Below, piece by piece: positions 1 to 7,150 of a DNA stretch of 13,217 nt. The translations under genes were made by a program, and so were the position numbers. How positions within the stretch are numbered: position 1 is the stretch's first letter; every line of letters starts with the position of its first letter. Below the pieces are notes generated by a model. The model was not told the origin of the DNA. It did not search any database and saw only the letters and a list, made by a program, of their open reading frames with translations. The DNA is taken from positions 1 through 13,217 of the forward strand of contig JBAXKK010000074.1 of NCBI GenBank assembly GCA_037137395.1, given 5' to 3'. Source of the stretch: Elusimicrobiota bacterium. GTDB taxonomy: Bacteria; Elusimicrobiota; Elusimicrobia; Elusimicrobiales; UBA9959.

Positions 1-5
1 AATTA

Positions 6-45
6 AAAGCCCCGGCTGCCGCATGCAGCCGGGGCTTTAATTTTT
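6..45. terminator. Probable bidirectional intrinsic terminator
   Basis: Perfect 14-bp inverted repeat AAAGCCCCGGCTGC (6-19) / GCAGCCGGGGCTTT (25-38) with a 5-nt loop, an A-run on the left and T-rich sequence on the right (TTTAATTTTT, 36-45). It lies downstream of the minus-strand RDD gene. Confidence 0.8.
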
Positions 46-114
46 CAGCCCGAATCTTTCAGTTTAAAACGATTTACATTTATTAAATCAGGGAACAAAA
101 ATAGTGAAGGATTC

Positions 115-224
115 TCCGCTATGCGGGTTGCTGAACCAGCGCTATGCGCGCCTGGTCAGCAAGGGTGTATGCCCCGCGGAACGCGCCCTTGCGATGCAAG
201 GGGAAAGTTTCAACTGAAACTTTC
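115..224. repeat. Chain of six abutting palindromes/hairpins (REP-like mosaic or structured RNA; function unknown)
   Basis: CCGC-TAT-GCGG (116-126); TTGCTGA(A)CCAG...CTGGTCAGCAA (128-162) with inner GCGC-TAT-GCGC; GGGT-GTAT-GCCC (163-174); CGCG-GAA-CGCG (175-185); CCCTTGC-GAT-GCAAGGG (186-202); GAAAGTTTC-AACT-GAAACTTTC (203-224). Confidence 0.6.
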
Positions 225-235
225 GGGTCAATCCG

Positions 236-1096
236 TTACCGGGGAGAAACGCTTTGAACTCTCACCTCCGTCTTGCGCCAGTTCTTAGCCTTGGCGGATA
301 TTTTGTAAGCTCTGCCGTCGGTGGCGATGACCAGCGTATTGAGGTTTATATTCTCAATAATCTCGTTACGCACCGCCGCCGGGTTACCGGTAAGCGCGGC
401 AAGCCTCTTCATGTCCTCTGTGTAACCGCCGTACATCGCCTTGTGTATCTCTTCAAGCTTCGCGACTTTAGAGATAGTGCTCTGAGCCGCCGCCACCAAC
501 TTCTTCTCTTCGGGACCCATCCGCAGGAAATTCTGATTTATCCACGAAACAGTGAGCATAGCCATAAGCGCCCAAGAGACCGCGAGCACCAGACCGTCCG
601 CCCAGTCACTGCGCTCCTTTATGCTGATTACGCGACTGCCGCCAAGATAATCGTGTAGCGCCCTTTTATTAGCGGTGAACAGAGCCATGATATAGCCCAT
701 GTTCAGAGGCGCGGCGCTGACAAAATAGCAAAAGGAGCGGATAAAAGCTTTGGCAAACGACAGGTCGGAACCGTCTGAATTTTTAACTCTTATCCCCATC
801 AGGTATTTTCCCAACGTGGCCCGTCCTCCGGAAGAGAAGAATGTTTCATAAACCAGATAGGCTGTAATCCATACCAGTTTCCACTTATTCTCGGCCGCGT
901 AGGAATACTGCACCGTTCCATTCTTAACCATTATCGAAAATGTAACATAAGCCCCAAGCACGAATGGGGAAGCGTCTATGACATACGCGAGGAACCGCTC
1001 GTTAAATCCCGCCGAAGCGGGGCCCTGCGGCTCGTCATCAGGCGAAGGGCTGCCGATCGCGGCCGGGTTAAACTGGGAATTATCGTTCTCCATCAT
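236..1096 (-). CDS. RDD-family membrane protein with a C-terminal pilin-like extracytoplasmic domain
   Basis: RDD motifs AGFNERFLAYVID, TLGKYLMGIRV, KAFIR and KRALHDYLGGSRV. An extra TM helix (aa ~165-186) is followed by a soluble ~100-aa domain. SD GGAGGT lies 6 nt upstream of the ATG (+ strand 1103-1108). Confidence 0.9.
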   Translation of the reverse strand: MMENDNSQFNPAAIGSPSPDDEPQGPASAGFNERFLAYVIDASPFVLGAYVTFSIMVKNGTVQYSYAAENKWKLVWITAYLVYETFFSSGGRATLGKYLMGIRVKNSDGSDLSFAKAFIRSFCYFVSAAPLNMGYIMALFTANKRALHDYLGGSRVISIKERSDWADGLVLAVSWALMAMLTVSWINQNFLRMGPEEKKLVAAAQSTISKVAKLEEIHKAMYGGYTEDMKRLAALTGNPAAVRNEIIENINLNTLVIATDGRAYKISAKAKNWRKTEVRVQSVSPR

Positions 1097-1281
1097 CCTA
1101 ATACCTCCCGCTGGGGCTATTTAAATGCGTCCTGATAATTATATCTAACTTGAGGCCTTTTCGACATTTCATCGTGAAAAAACTCAGAACCGGAAGATTT
1201 ATGCTTTTACTGAGCTTTCCGGCTTACGCTTCCCGGTCCCGGAGGTTGAATGGGAAGCGGGAAAATTGATTTAATAGTCTT

Positions 1282-2172
1282 ATGTGTAGAATGGCTGCGG
1301 CATTATCTGTGAATCGTTTTAATCCGGCGGATCTTTTCGCTGAGGGGTTGCGATCACTGCCCAAACAGGCCTCTGCCGTAAAAGGTCGGGAACAATCGGA
1401 TGGCTGGGGCGCGGCATCTTACTCCGCGGCCGGCGAACTTCGGATCGTAAAAAGCCCGAAACCGGTATATACCGAAAGCGAGCGGTTCACGCGCGCGGTC
1501 TCCGTGGCCCGTTGCGGATTCGCCTTGGCGCATATCCGGCAGGCATCCAATATTTACGCTGGTGTCGCACCAAAGGGCTATATCACTCAACCGGCCAACC
1601 CGCCCGTATTTAACCGAAAAGAACTGACAAGCACGGCGAACACCCAGCCTTTCAGCGGTAACGGTTTCGTCTTCGCCCATAACGGGACCCTTGAAATTCC
1701 GGCGGAGATAAAAACCACGCTAGGGAAGTACGAAAGGTTCGTGAAAGGCGTAAACGATTCGGAAGTTCTCTTCTGGCAGATCATGAAGATGCTGGACGCC
1801 TATGGCGACCCCGCGCTGGCCCTTGAGATGGCCGCCGAAGAAACAAGGACCGTGTGGCTATCGGTCAAAGACCGCTATCCCAAAAAAAAGAATCCTTATC
1901 ATGGATTGAATATTTTTCTATCCGACGGGAAGGCGCTGTGGGCCCTTTGCCATTATCCGGCCAACGCTAAAAAGGAAGCGCTCATGACCCCGGGCTGGGA
2001 ATTCGGCCGCATAGCCTGGAAGAAGGATTCTAAAAAGATCATATTCGCCAGCGAGCCGCTTGACGCCGGCCCTTGGCATAAGATGTCGGATTGGCAAATT
2101 GCGGAGGCCCGCATGAACGGCGGCAGCATAACTCTGAAAATTAAAACTCTAAACCGGTTTGACGGCCAGTGA
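1282..2172 (+). CDS. Class II (Ntn-hydrolase) glutamine amidotransferase, YafJ/EgtC-like
   Basis: N-terminal MCR (Cys2 nucleophile), DGWG, AHIRQAS, NTQPF, FAHNGTL, NDSEVLF and IFASEPL motifs typical of the stand-alone GATase-II family. Confidence 0.9.
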   Translation: MCRMAAALSVNRFNPADLFAEGLRSLPKQASAVKGREQSDGWGAASYSAAGELRIVKSPKPVYTESERFTRAVSVARCGFALAHIRQASNIYAGVAPKGYITQPANPPVFNRKELTSTANTQPFSGNGFVFAHNGTLEIPAEIKTTLGKYERFVKGVNDSEVLFWQIMKMLDAYGDPALALEMAAEETRTVWLSVKDRYPKKKNPYHGLNIFLSDGKALWALCHYPANAKKEALMTPGWEFGRIAWKKDSKKIIFASEPLDAGPWHKMSDWQIAEARMNGGSITLKIKTLNRFDGQ

Positions 2173-2206
2173 CCTGGCATAACACTACACTAAAAAGGGG
2201 ATACAA

Positions 2207-2833
2207 ATGAAATGGTTCCTATTACTCCTCATCTTCATCGCCGGAGTCTACTATCTCTCCAACCAGCGCAAGGTGGAAGTTCGCCAGAAAGTACTGGTTG
2301 AGCAGATAAAGAAGAACACAATTAAAACCACCATAGAACCGCTTCTGCCGTTCAAACCGCAGAAGGCCTATGTCATGAAGTTCTCGATGCAGACTCTCAC
2401 TACTCTTCGGACGCTCACCTACGATCCCAATTATAAAGTTCGCGCCGCGGCCGCTGAGCTCCTGTGGCAACTCCAGGACGAGCAGATTCCCGCCATCATA
2501 AAGCACATGTTCCAGGAGGAACCTGAGGAAAGCGTGAGAAAGTCGCTCATAACCTTCCTGGTCAATGACAAAAGCAAGCTTAGCCTCGCGCTCCTGTCGG
2601 AAGCGATGAATTCTTATGACAAAGCGACGCGCCTCAACGCCGTGGAAGCAATCGGCACTTTTACCAGCAGGGAAGCCATACTGGTATTGAACAAAGGCCT
2701 TGAGGATTACGATGAGGATATCCGGCTTAAGTCTCTGGAAGCCGTCAACCAGATTCGACGCAACATTGAGGCCCACAAAGAGCAGGAACTCCGCGAGCTG
2801 GGTGAATCAAAACCTCTATTTAGAATAGAGTAA
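2207..2833 (+). CDS. Membrane-anchored HEAT-repeat protein
   Basis: Hydrophobic N-terminus (WFLLLLIFIAGVYYL). HEAT/PBS-lyase-like repeats DPNYKVRAAAAELL, EESVRKSLITFL, DKATRLNAVEAIG and DEDIRLKSLEAV. Purine-rich SD (AAGGGG) upstream. Confidence 0.85.
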   Translation: MKWFLLLLIFIAGVYYLSNQRKVEVRQKVLVEQIKKNTIKTTIEPLLPFKPQKAYVMKFSMQTLTTLRTLTYDPNYKVRAAAAELLWQLQDEQIPAIIKHMFQEEPEESVRKSLITFLVNDKSKLSLALLSEAMNSYDKATRLNAVEAIGTFTSREAILVLNKGLEDYDEDIRLKSLEAVNQIRRNIEAHKEQELRELGESKPLFRIE

Positions 2834-2901
2834 TCCTCCGGCCGGAAAGGCCGCATATGCACAGAGCGTTACCTGCGCTAAAATCCGTCTGCGGGGTCGG
2901 A

Positions 2902-2929
2902 TTGACAAAAAAATATAAATTTTTATAAT
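2902..2929 (+). promoter_or_regulatory. Consensus sigma70 promoter for the moxR-bat operon
   Basis: TTGACA (2902-2907), 16-bp spacer, TATAAT (2924-2929) in an AT-rich intergenic region. GGAGG SD at 2966-2970 precedes the moxR ATG. Confidence 0.8.
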
Positions 2930-2982
2930 ATCTTTTTTATATTTCTTCGCTTTAATAATTCACACGGAGGAACCTTTAATAT

Positions 2983-3972
2983 ATGGACCTGGAAATCTCG
3001 CAGCTAAACAAAAAAATACAAGCGGAAAGCGTTTTTGTCCATGACCTGAAAAAGGAGATAGCCAAAATAATCGTCGGTCAGGAAGAGCTGGTAAACGGCA
3101 TCATAGTAGGCCTGCTGGCTAACGGCCACATCCTGGTGGAAGGCGTGCCCGGCCTGGCAAAAACTCTGACGGTAAAGACGATGGCCCAGGCGATTTCGGC
3201 CTCCTTCCAGCGCATACAGTTCACCCCCGACCTCCTGCCGGCCGATATTGTGGGCACGATGATTTTCAACCCCAAAGACGGCACATTCGCCGTAAAAAAA
3301 GGCCCGGTCTTCACCAATATACTGCTCGCCGACGAAATAAACCGCGCGCCCGCCAAAGTGCAAAGCGCCCTGTTGGAGGCTATGCAGGAACGCCAGGTCA
3401 CCATTTCAGACACCACTCACCGCCTGCCGGAACTTTTCATGGTGCTGGCCACCCAAAACCCTATTGAGCAGGAAGGCACCTACCCTTTACCGGAGGCCCA
3501 GATTGACCGGTTCATGCTGAAGATAAACATCACCTACCCTTCGAAGCAGGAGGAGGCCCGCATCCTTGACACTATGGCGCACCAGCATATACCCACGCTG
3601 GCCCAGGTGATACCGGCCGAGCAGATTCTAAAAGCGCGGGAGACGGCTGACGCCATATACGTGGATGATAAGATTAAAAACTATGTCCTGGACCTGGTCC
3701 AGGCCACCAGAGTGCCTGAGAAATACTCGCTGGATAAGATAAAACCCTGGATACTTTACGGAGCCAGCCCCAGAGCCACTATCTATCTGGTGCAGGCCGC
3801 CAAAGCCTACGCCTTCATTCAGGGCCGGGGCTATGTAACTCCGGAGGATATCAAAGCCGTGGGCCTCGACGTTCTGCGTCACCGCGTCCTGCTGACTTAC
3901 GAAGCTGAAGCAGAGAATGTAAATTCCGAAACCGTGCTGAACACTATTTTCGAAGCGATAGAAGTACCGTAA
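2983..3972 (+). CDS. moxR: MoxR-family AAA+ ATPase
   Basis: Walker A GVPGLAKT, RIQFTPDLLPAD, Walker B ILLADEINR, and ATQNPIEQEGTYPLPEAQIDRF. The gene is followed by DUF58 and VWA genes. Confidence 0.97.
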   Translation: MDLEISQLNKKIQAESVFVHDLKKEIAKIIVGQEELVNGIIVGLLANGHILVEGVPGLAKTLTVKTMAQAISASFQRIQFTPDLLPADIVGTMIFNPKDGTFAVKKGPVFTNILLADEINRAPAKVQSALLEAMQERQVTISDTTHRLPELFMVLATQNPIEQEGTYPLPEAQIDRFMLKINITYPSKQEEARILDTMAHQHIPTLAQVIPAEQILKARETADAIYVDDKIKNYVLDLVQATRVPEKYSLDKIKPWILYGASPRATIYLVQAAKAYAFIQGRGYVTPEDIKAVGLDVLRHRVLLTYEAEAENVNSETVLNTIFEAIEVP

Positions 3973-3978
3973 AAAGCA

Positions 3979-4079
3979 GCCATAGGCTCTCAGCCATAGG
4001 CCATACGCAGAAAACCATTTAGGATTATAATTTTGTTTAGTTCTGCCGTCCGTATGGCTTATGGCCTACGGCCTATGGC
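3979..4079. repeat. Inverted pair of heptamer tandem arrays (GCCATAG-type) forming a long hairpin
   Basis: Left arm GCCATAG-GCTCTCA-GCCATAG-GCCATAC-G (3979-4007). The right arm (4051-4079) reverse-complements to GCCATAG-GCCGTAG-GCCATAA-GCCATAC-G. Confidence 0.85.
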
Positions 4080-4104
4080 ATATATAGCAGACCGGTTAAC
4101 TTTT

Positions 4105-4989
4105 ATGAATACTGCGGAAATACTAAAAAAAGTCCGCCAGATAGAGATTACGACCGGCCGCCTGGTCAGTGAGACCTTCGCGGGCGAATACCAGAGCGTA
4201 TTCAAGGGCCGCGGCATGGAGTTCGCCGAGGTTCGGGAATACGTCCCCGGAGACGATGTCCGGTCCATAGACTGGAACGTTACCGCAAGGTACGCTAAAC
4301 CCTTCATTAAGCGCTTCGTTGAGGAGCGCGAACTAACCCTGATGATAGTGTGTGACATGTCAGCTTCGCAGTTCTTCGGCAGCGGGACAAAAGCCAAAAA
4401 CGAGGCGGCCGCCGAGCTCTCAGCCATGTTCGCCTTCTCGGCGCTCAAAAACAACGACAAGACCGGACTTTTGGTTTTTACAGACGGACCGGAACTTTAT
4501 ATCCCGCCCAGGAAAGGCAAGAACCACATATTACGCATCATCCGCGAAATACTGGCTTATTCGCCGCGCGGCCGCGCGACTTCCGTGTCCAGGGCGTTGG
4601 ACACCGTCAACCGTCTGATGAAACGCAAAGGCATAATAATCCTGATCTCTGATTTCAATGATTCCGGCTACGAAAAAGCCCTGAGACGCACGGCCGTGAG
4701 GCATGATCTGATACCGGTCATGGTCGAAGACCGTCTTGAGCGCGCGCTGCCAAATGTCCGCGCCCTGCTAAACGCCGACAACCTGGAAGATGCAGGCGCC
4801 GACCCAGTCCTGGCTGACCTTTCCTCTCCCGCTTTCAGGGCCAAGTACGCTGCCGTAAGGGCGGAAGTGGCCGGAACCATGGAAAGGGCTTTCAAAGGAG
4901 CGGGCACTGACTGGATAAGCGTGGACCCGGCCTCTGATATTTACGGCCCTGTTGTAAAATTCTTCAGAAAGCGCCAGAGGCGTAAATGA
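4105..4989 (+). CDS. DUF58 domain protein (VWA-like, MoxR partner)
   Basis: GEYQSVFKGRGMEFAEVREYVPGDDVRSIDWNVTAR, EERE, MIDAS-like DMSAS and ISDF. Start moved from the track's 4033 to ATG 4105 (MNTAEILKKVRQIEI) because the extra 24 codons are the repeat spacer. Confidence 0.93.
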   Translation: MNTAEILKKVRQIEITTGRLVSETFAGEYQSVFKGRGMEFAEVREYVPGDDVRSIDWNVTARYAKPFIKRFVEERELTLMIVCDMSASQFFGSGTKAKNEAAAELSAMFAFSALKNNDKTGLLVFTDGPELYIPPRKGKNHILRIIREILAYSPRGRATSVSRALDTVNRLMKRKGIIILISDFNDSGYEKALRRTAVRHDLIPVMVEDRLERALPNVRALLNADNLEDAGADPVLADLSSPAFRAKYAAVRAEVAGTMERAFKGAGTDWISVDPASDIYGPVVKFFRKRQRRK

Positions 4990-5942
4990 CACGAGTTGTA
5001 AAAGTCACGGCCCTTGCGGCGTTGCTGCTGCCAGCCATGGCCGGGGCGCAAACGGTGTCTTTCAAGCTGACACCTCCCGCGGCCAAACCGAAACTCGCTG
5101 AACCTTTCACGCTCCGTCTTGAACTCACTTTACCGGCAGATTATTCCGTCAAGCCGGACACCTCGGCTTTTTCCAACGATGTTTTTGAGCTCCTTAATAT
5201 AAAAAAAATATCCTCCAAACCGGCGGGCACGCTTAAGACCGAAACCTTTGATCTGAATATTTCCGCTTTCAATATCGGTGTCAGCACGTTTCCGGAAACC
5301 TCATGGCTGTTGGCAAAAGGAACTGAACTTACTGAAGCTAGAAGCGTCCCTTTTGCACTTGAGATACTGCCGGTTTTCGACGCAAAACAAGTACAGGGAG
5401 ACATAAGGGATATTCATCCTGTTTTTAAATTTATCCCCTGGCTGTGGCTGCTAATGGGCCTCTTGGCAGCGGCTCTGGCAGCCTGGTTTATCTATCAACA
5501 AAACAAGGCCCGTTCCGGCTGGGGGACCTCCGAGCCGGAGACGCCCGACCTCCGCTCTCCATACCAGAAGGCCGCCGACGCTCTGGCCGAACTTTCAGCC
5601 TCTGATATCTGGGCGAGCGGCCTGATCAAAGAATTCTACAGCCGCCTGTCTGACATATTCCGAATTTACCTGGACGCGCAGTTCGGGATAAAGGCGGAAC
5701 TTATGACCACCAACGATATCACCAGGGAACTGCGCAGGACCGGGGCTGATATAAAGACGGTCATCAGTACCAGAGAGTTGCTGGAAAACACCGACCTTGT
5801 AAAGTTCGCCAAGTTCAAGCCAGGGGAAAAAGAGCGCGATGCCGCCGTCTCGTCCCTCAAAAATCTGCTGGTGTTTTTCACGCAGCAGGACGAGAACCGG
5901 CGCGCGCTGGCGCGGCCGGCGGTGGGGGAGACACCGAAGTAA
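4986..5942 (+). CDS. Conserved Bat-operon membrane protein (signal peptide, beta-rich domain, TM helix, helical C-terminal domain)
   Basis: Signal peptide ending AGA-Q, GDIRDI before TM IPWLWLLMGLLAAALAAWFIY, then the PYQKA..L..L, KEFYSRLSDIFRIYL, AELMTT and DLVKFAK motifs characteristic of the gene between DUF58 and batA. ATGA overlap with DUF58. Confidence 0.85.
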   Translation: MTRVVKVTALAALLLPAMAGAQTVSFKLTPPAAKPKLAEPFTLRLELTLPADYSVKPDTSAFSNDVFELLNIKKISSKPAGTLKTETFDLNISAFNIGVSTFPETSWLLAKGTELTEARSVPFALEILPVFDAKQVQGDIRDIHPVFKFIPWLWLLMGLLAAALAAWFIYQQNKARSGWGTSEPETPDLRSPYQKAADALAELSASDIWASGLIKEFYSRLSDIFRIYLDAQFGIKAELMTTNDITRELRRTGADIKTVISTRELLENTDLVKFAKFKPGEKERDAAVSSLKNLLVFFTQQDENRRALARPAVGETPK

Positions 5943-6925
5943 TGATCTTCCGTTATCCATACATTCTGGCGCTCATACCCATCGTACTGCTCCTGGCGTT
6001 CGCCGCCCGAAGCATGGGCTCACGGCGCCTGGCGGCGGTTAAAATGCCGGTGGCCCTGCCTAACCAGGAAACGGCCAGAACTATCCTGTTCCGATATTTC
6101 CCTTTCTGGGCGAGGGTTATAGTTCTCATACTGCTCGCGTTCGCCCTGGCTAGGCCGCAAAAGGTGGAAAAGGGCAATGTGCCTCCGACCGAAGGCATAG
6201 ACATCATGCTTTGTCTTGACACTTCCTACAGCATGTCCGCCGTTGATTTCAACCCCTACAATAGACTGGATGCGGCCAAGACCGCCGCGGCGGATTTTAT
6301 AGGCAAACGCGCCAACGACCGCATCGGCATGGTGATCTTCGGCGGAGTCGCGGTGCTGGCCTGCCCTCTAACCCTGGACTATCAATCAATGCTGGAGCTG
6401 CTAGACTCAGCCGATATAAACATGACAAAGGCGGATGGCACGGCCATAGGCGACGCTCTTATAACTTCGGTCAATCATCTGAAGGACAGCAAAGCTAAAA
6501 GCAAGGTAATAATACTTCTGACCGACGGCCGCTCGAATGTCGGCGTGATTACCGACCCCGTAATTGCCGCGAAAACCGCCCAGGCTTACGGCATTAAGAT
6601 TTACACTATCGGCACCGCGACCAAGGGTCCGGCCCAGATACCCACGGGCAACCCCTTGCAGCCCTACATGACCATAAATGACGACCTGGACGAGCCCACC
6701 CTAATGGAAATAGCGGACCGGACCGGAGGCGAATTTTACCGGGCCGGAAACTTTATAGAACTGCAGAAAATATATGAAAAGATCAACGCCCTTGAGAAAA
6801 CCAAATTTGAGGTAAAAACTTTCGTAAATTACACCGACTTATATCTGCTCTTCCTAATCCCGGCCCTGATCCTGGCGGCTCTGATCTTTCTTCTGGAGAA
6901 GACTTATTTAAGGACTATACCGTAA
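5942..6925 (+). CDS. batA: BatA-like VWA domain membrane protein
   Basis: N-terminal F.YP..L TM, ALARPQ, MIDAS DTSYS, DGTAIGDA, VIILLTDG, KIYTIG, TGGEFYRA and a C-terminal TM ending LRTIP. TAATG overlap with the upstream gene. Confidence 0.93.
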   Translation: MIFRYPYILALIPIVLLLAFAARSMGSRRLAAVKMPVALPNQETARTILFRYFPFWARVIVLILLAFALARPQKVEKGNVPPTEGIDIMLCLDTSYSMSAVDFNPYNRLDAAKTAAADFIGKRANDRIGMVIFGGVAVLACPLTLDYQSMLELLDSADINMTKADGTAIGDALITSVNHLKDSKAKSKVIILLTDGRSNVGVITDPVIAAKTAQAYGIKIYTIGTATKGPAQIPTGNPLQPYMTINDDLDEPTLMEIADRTGGEFYRAGNFIELQKIYEKINALEKTKFEVKTFVNYTDLYLLFLIPALILAALIFLLEKTYLRTIP

Positions 6926-6929
6926 AAAT

Positions 6930-7137
6930 AGTGGCGAGTGGATAGTGATTAGTGGCCAGTGGAGAAAGCGACGGGAGGACTGGAGGATTGGAGGACCGGT
7001 GCCCGGTATCCGGTGAGCAGTGACTGGTTACCGGTTACTGATGACCGATTACCCGCACTATCCGGCTGCCGTACTGTCTTGCTGTCTTTCTGTCGTACTG
7101 TCTTTCTGTCGTACTGTCTTGCTGTCGTACTGTCCTG
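6930..7137. repeat. Composite short tandem repeat spacer (7-mer and 8-mer arrays)
   Basis: 5x AGTG(G/A)NN 7-mers (6930-6964); 3x GGAGGAYY 8-mers (6974-6997); ~8x CCGGTNA-like 7-mers (6996-7051); 9x CTGTCNTN-like 8-mers (7066-7137). Confidence 0.9.
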
Positions 7138-7150
7138 CTAGTTTAACTTT

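Noticed and set aside
2839..2853. Hairpin CGGCC-GGAAA-GGCCG after the HEAT gene as a terminator
   Set aside because: Only a 5-bp stem and no U-tract.
4033..4104. N-terminal extension of DUF58 (MFSSAVRMAYGLRPMAY...)
   Set aside because: It is a translation of the heptamer repeat arm from a TTG start. Family-like sequence begins at 4105.
6930..7137. CRISPR array
   Set aside because: The repeats are contiguous 7-8-mers without unique spacers, and there are no cas genes in the window.
6959..7141. 60-aa ORF in the batA-batB spacer
   Set aside because: Its periodic sequence (CRTVLLSFCRTVFLS) merely reflects the 8-mer repeats. It has a GTG start and no recognisable domain.
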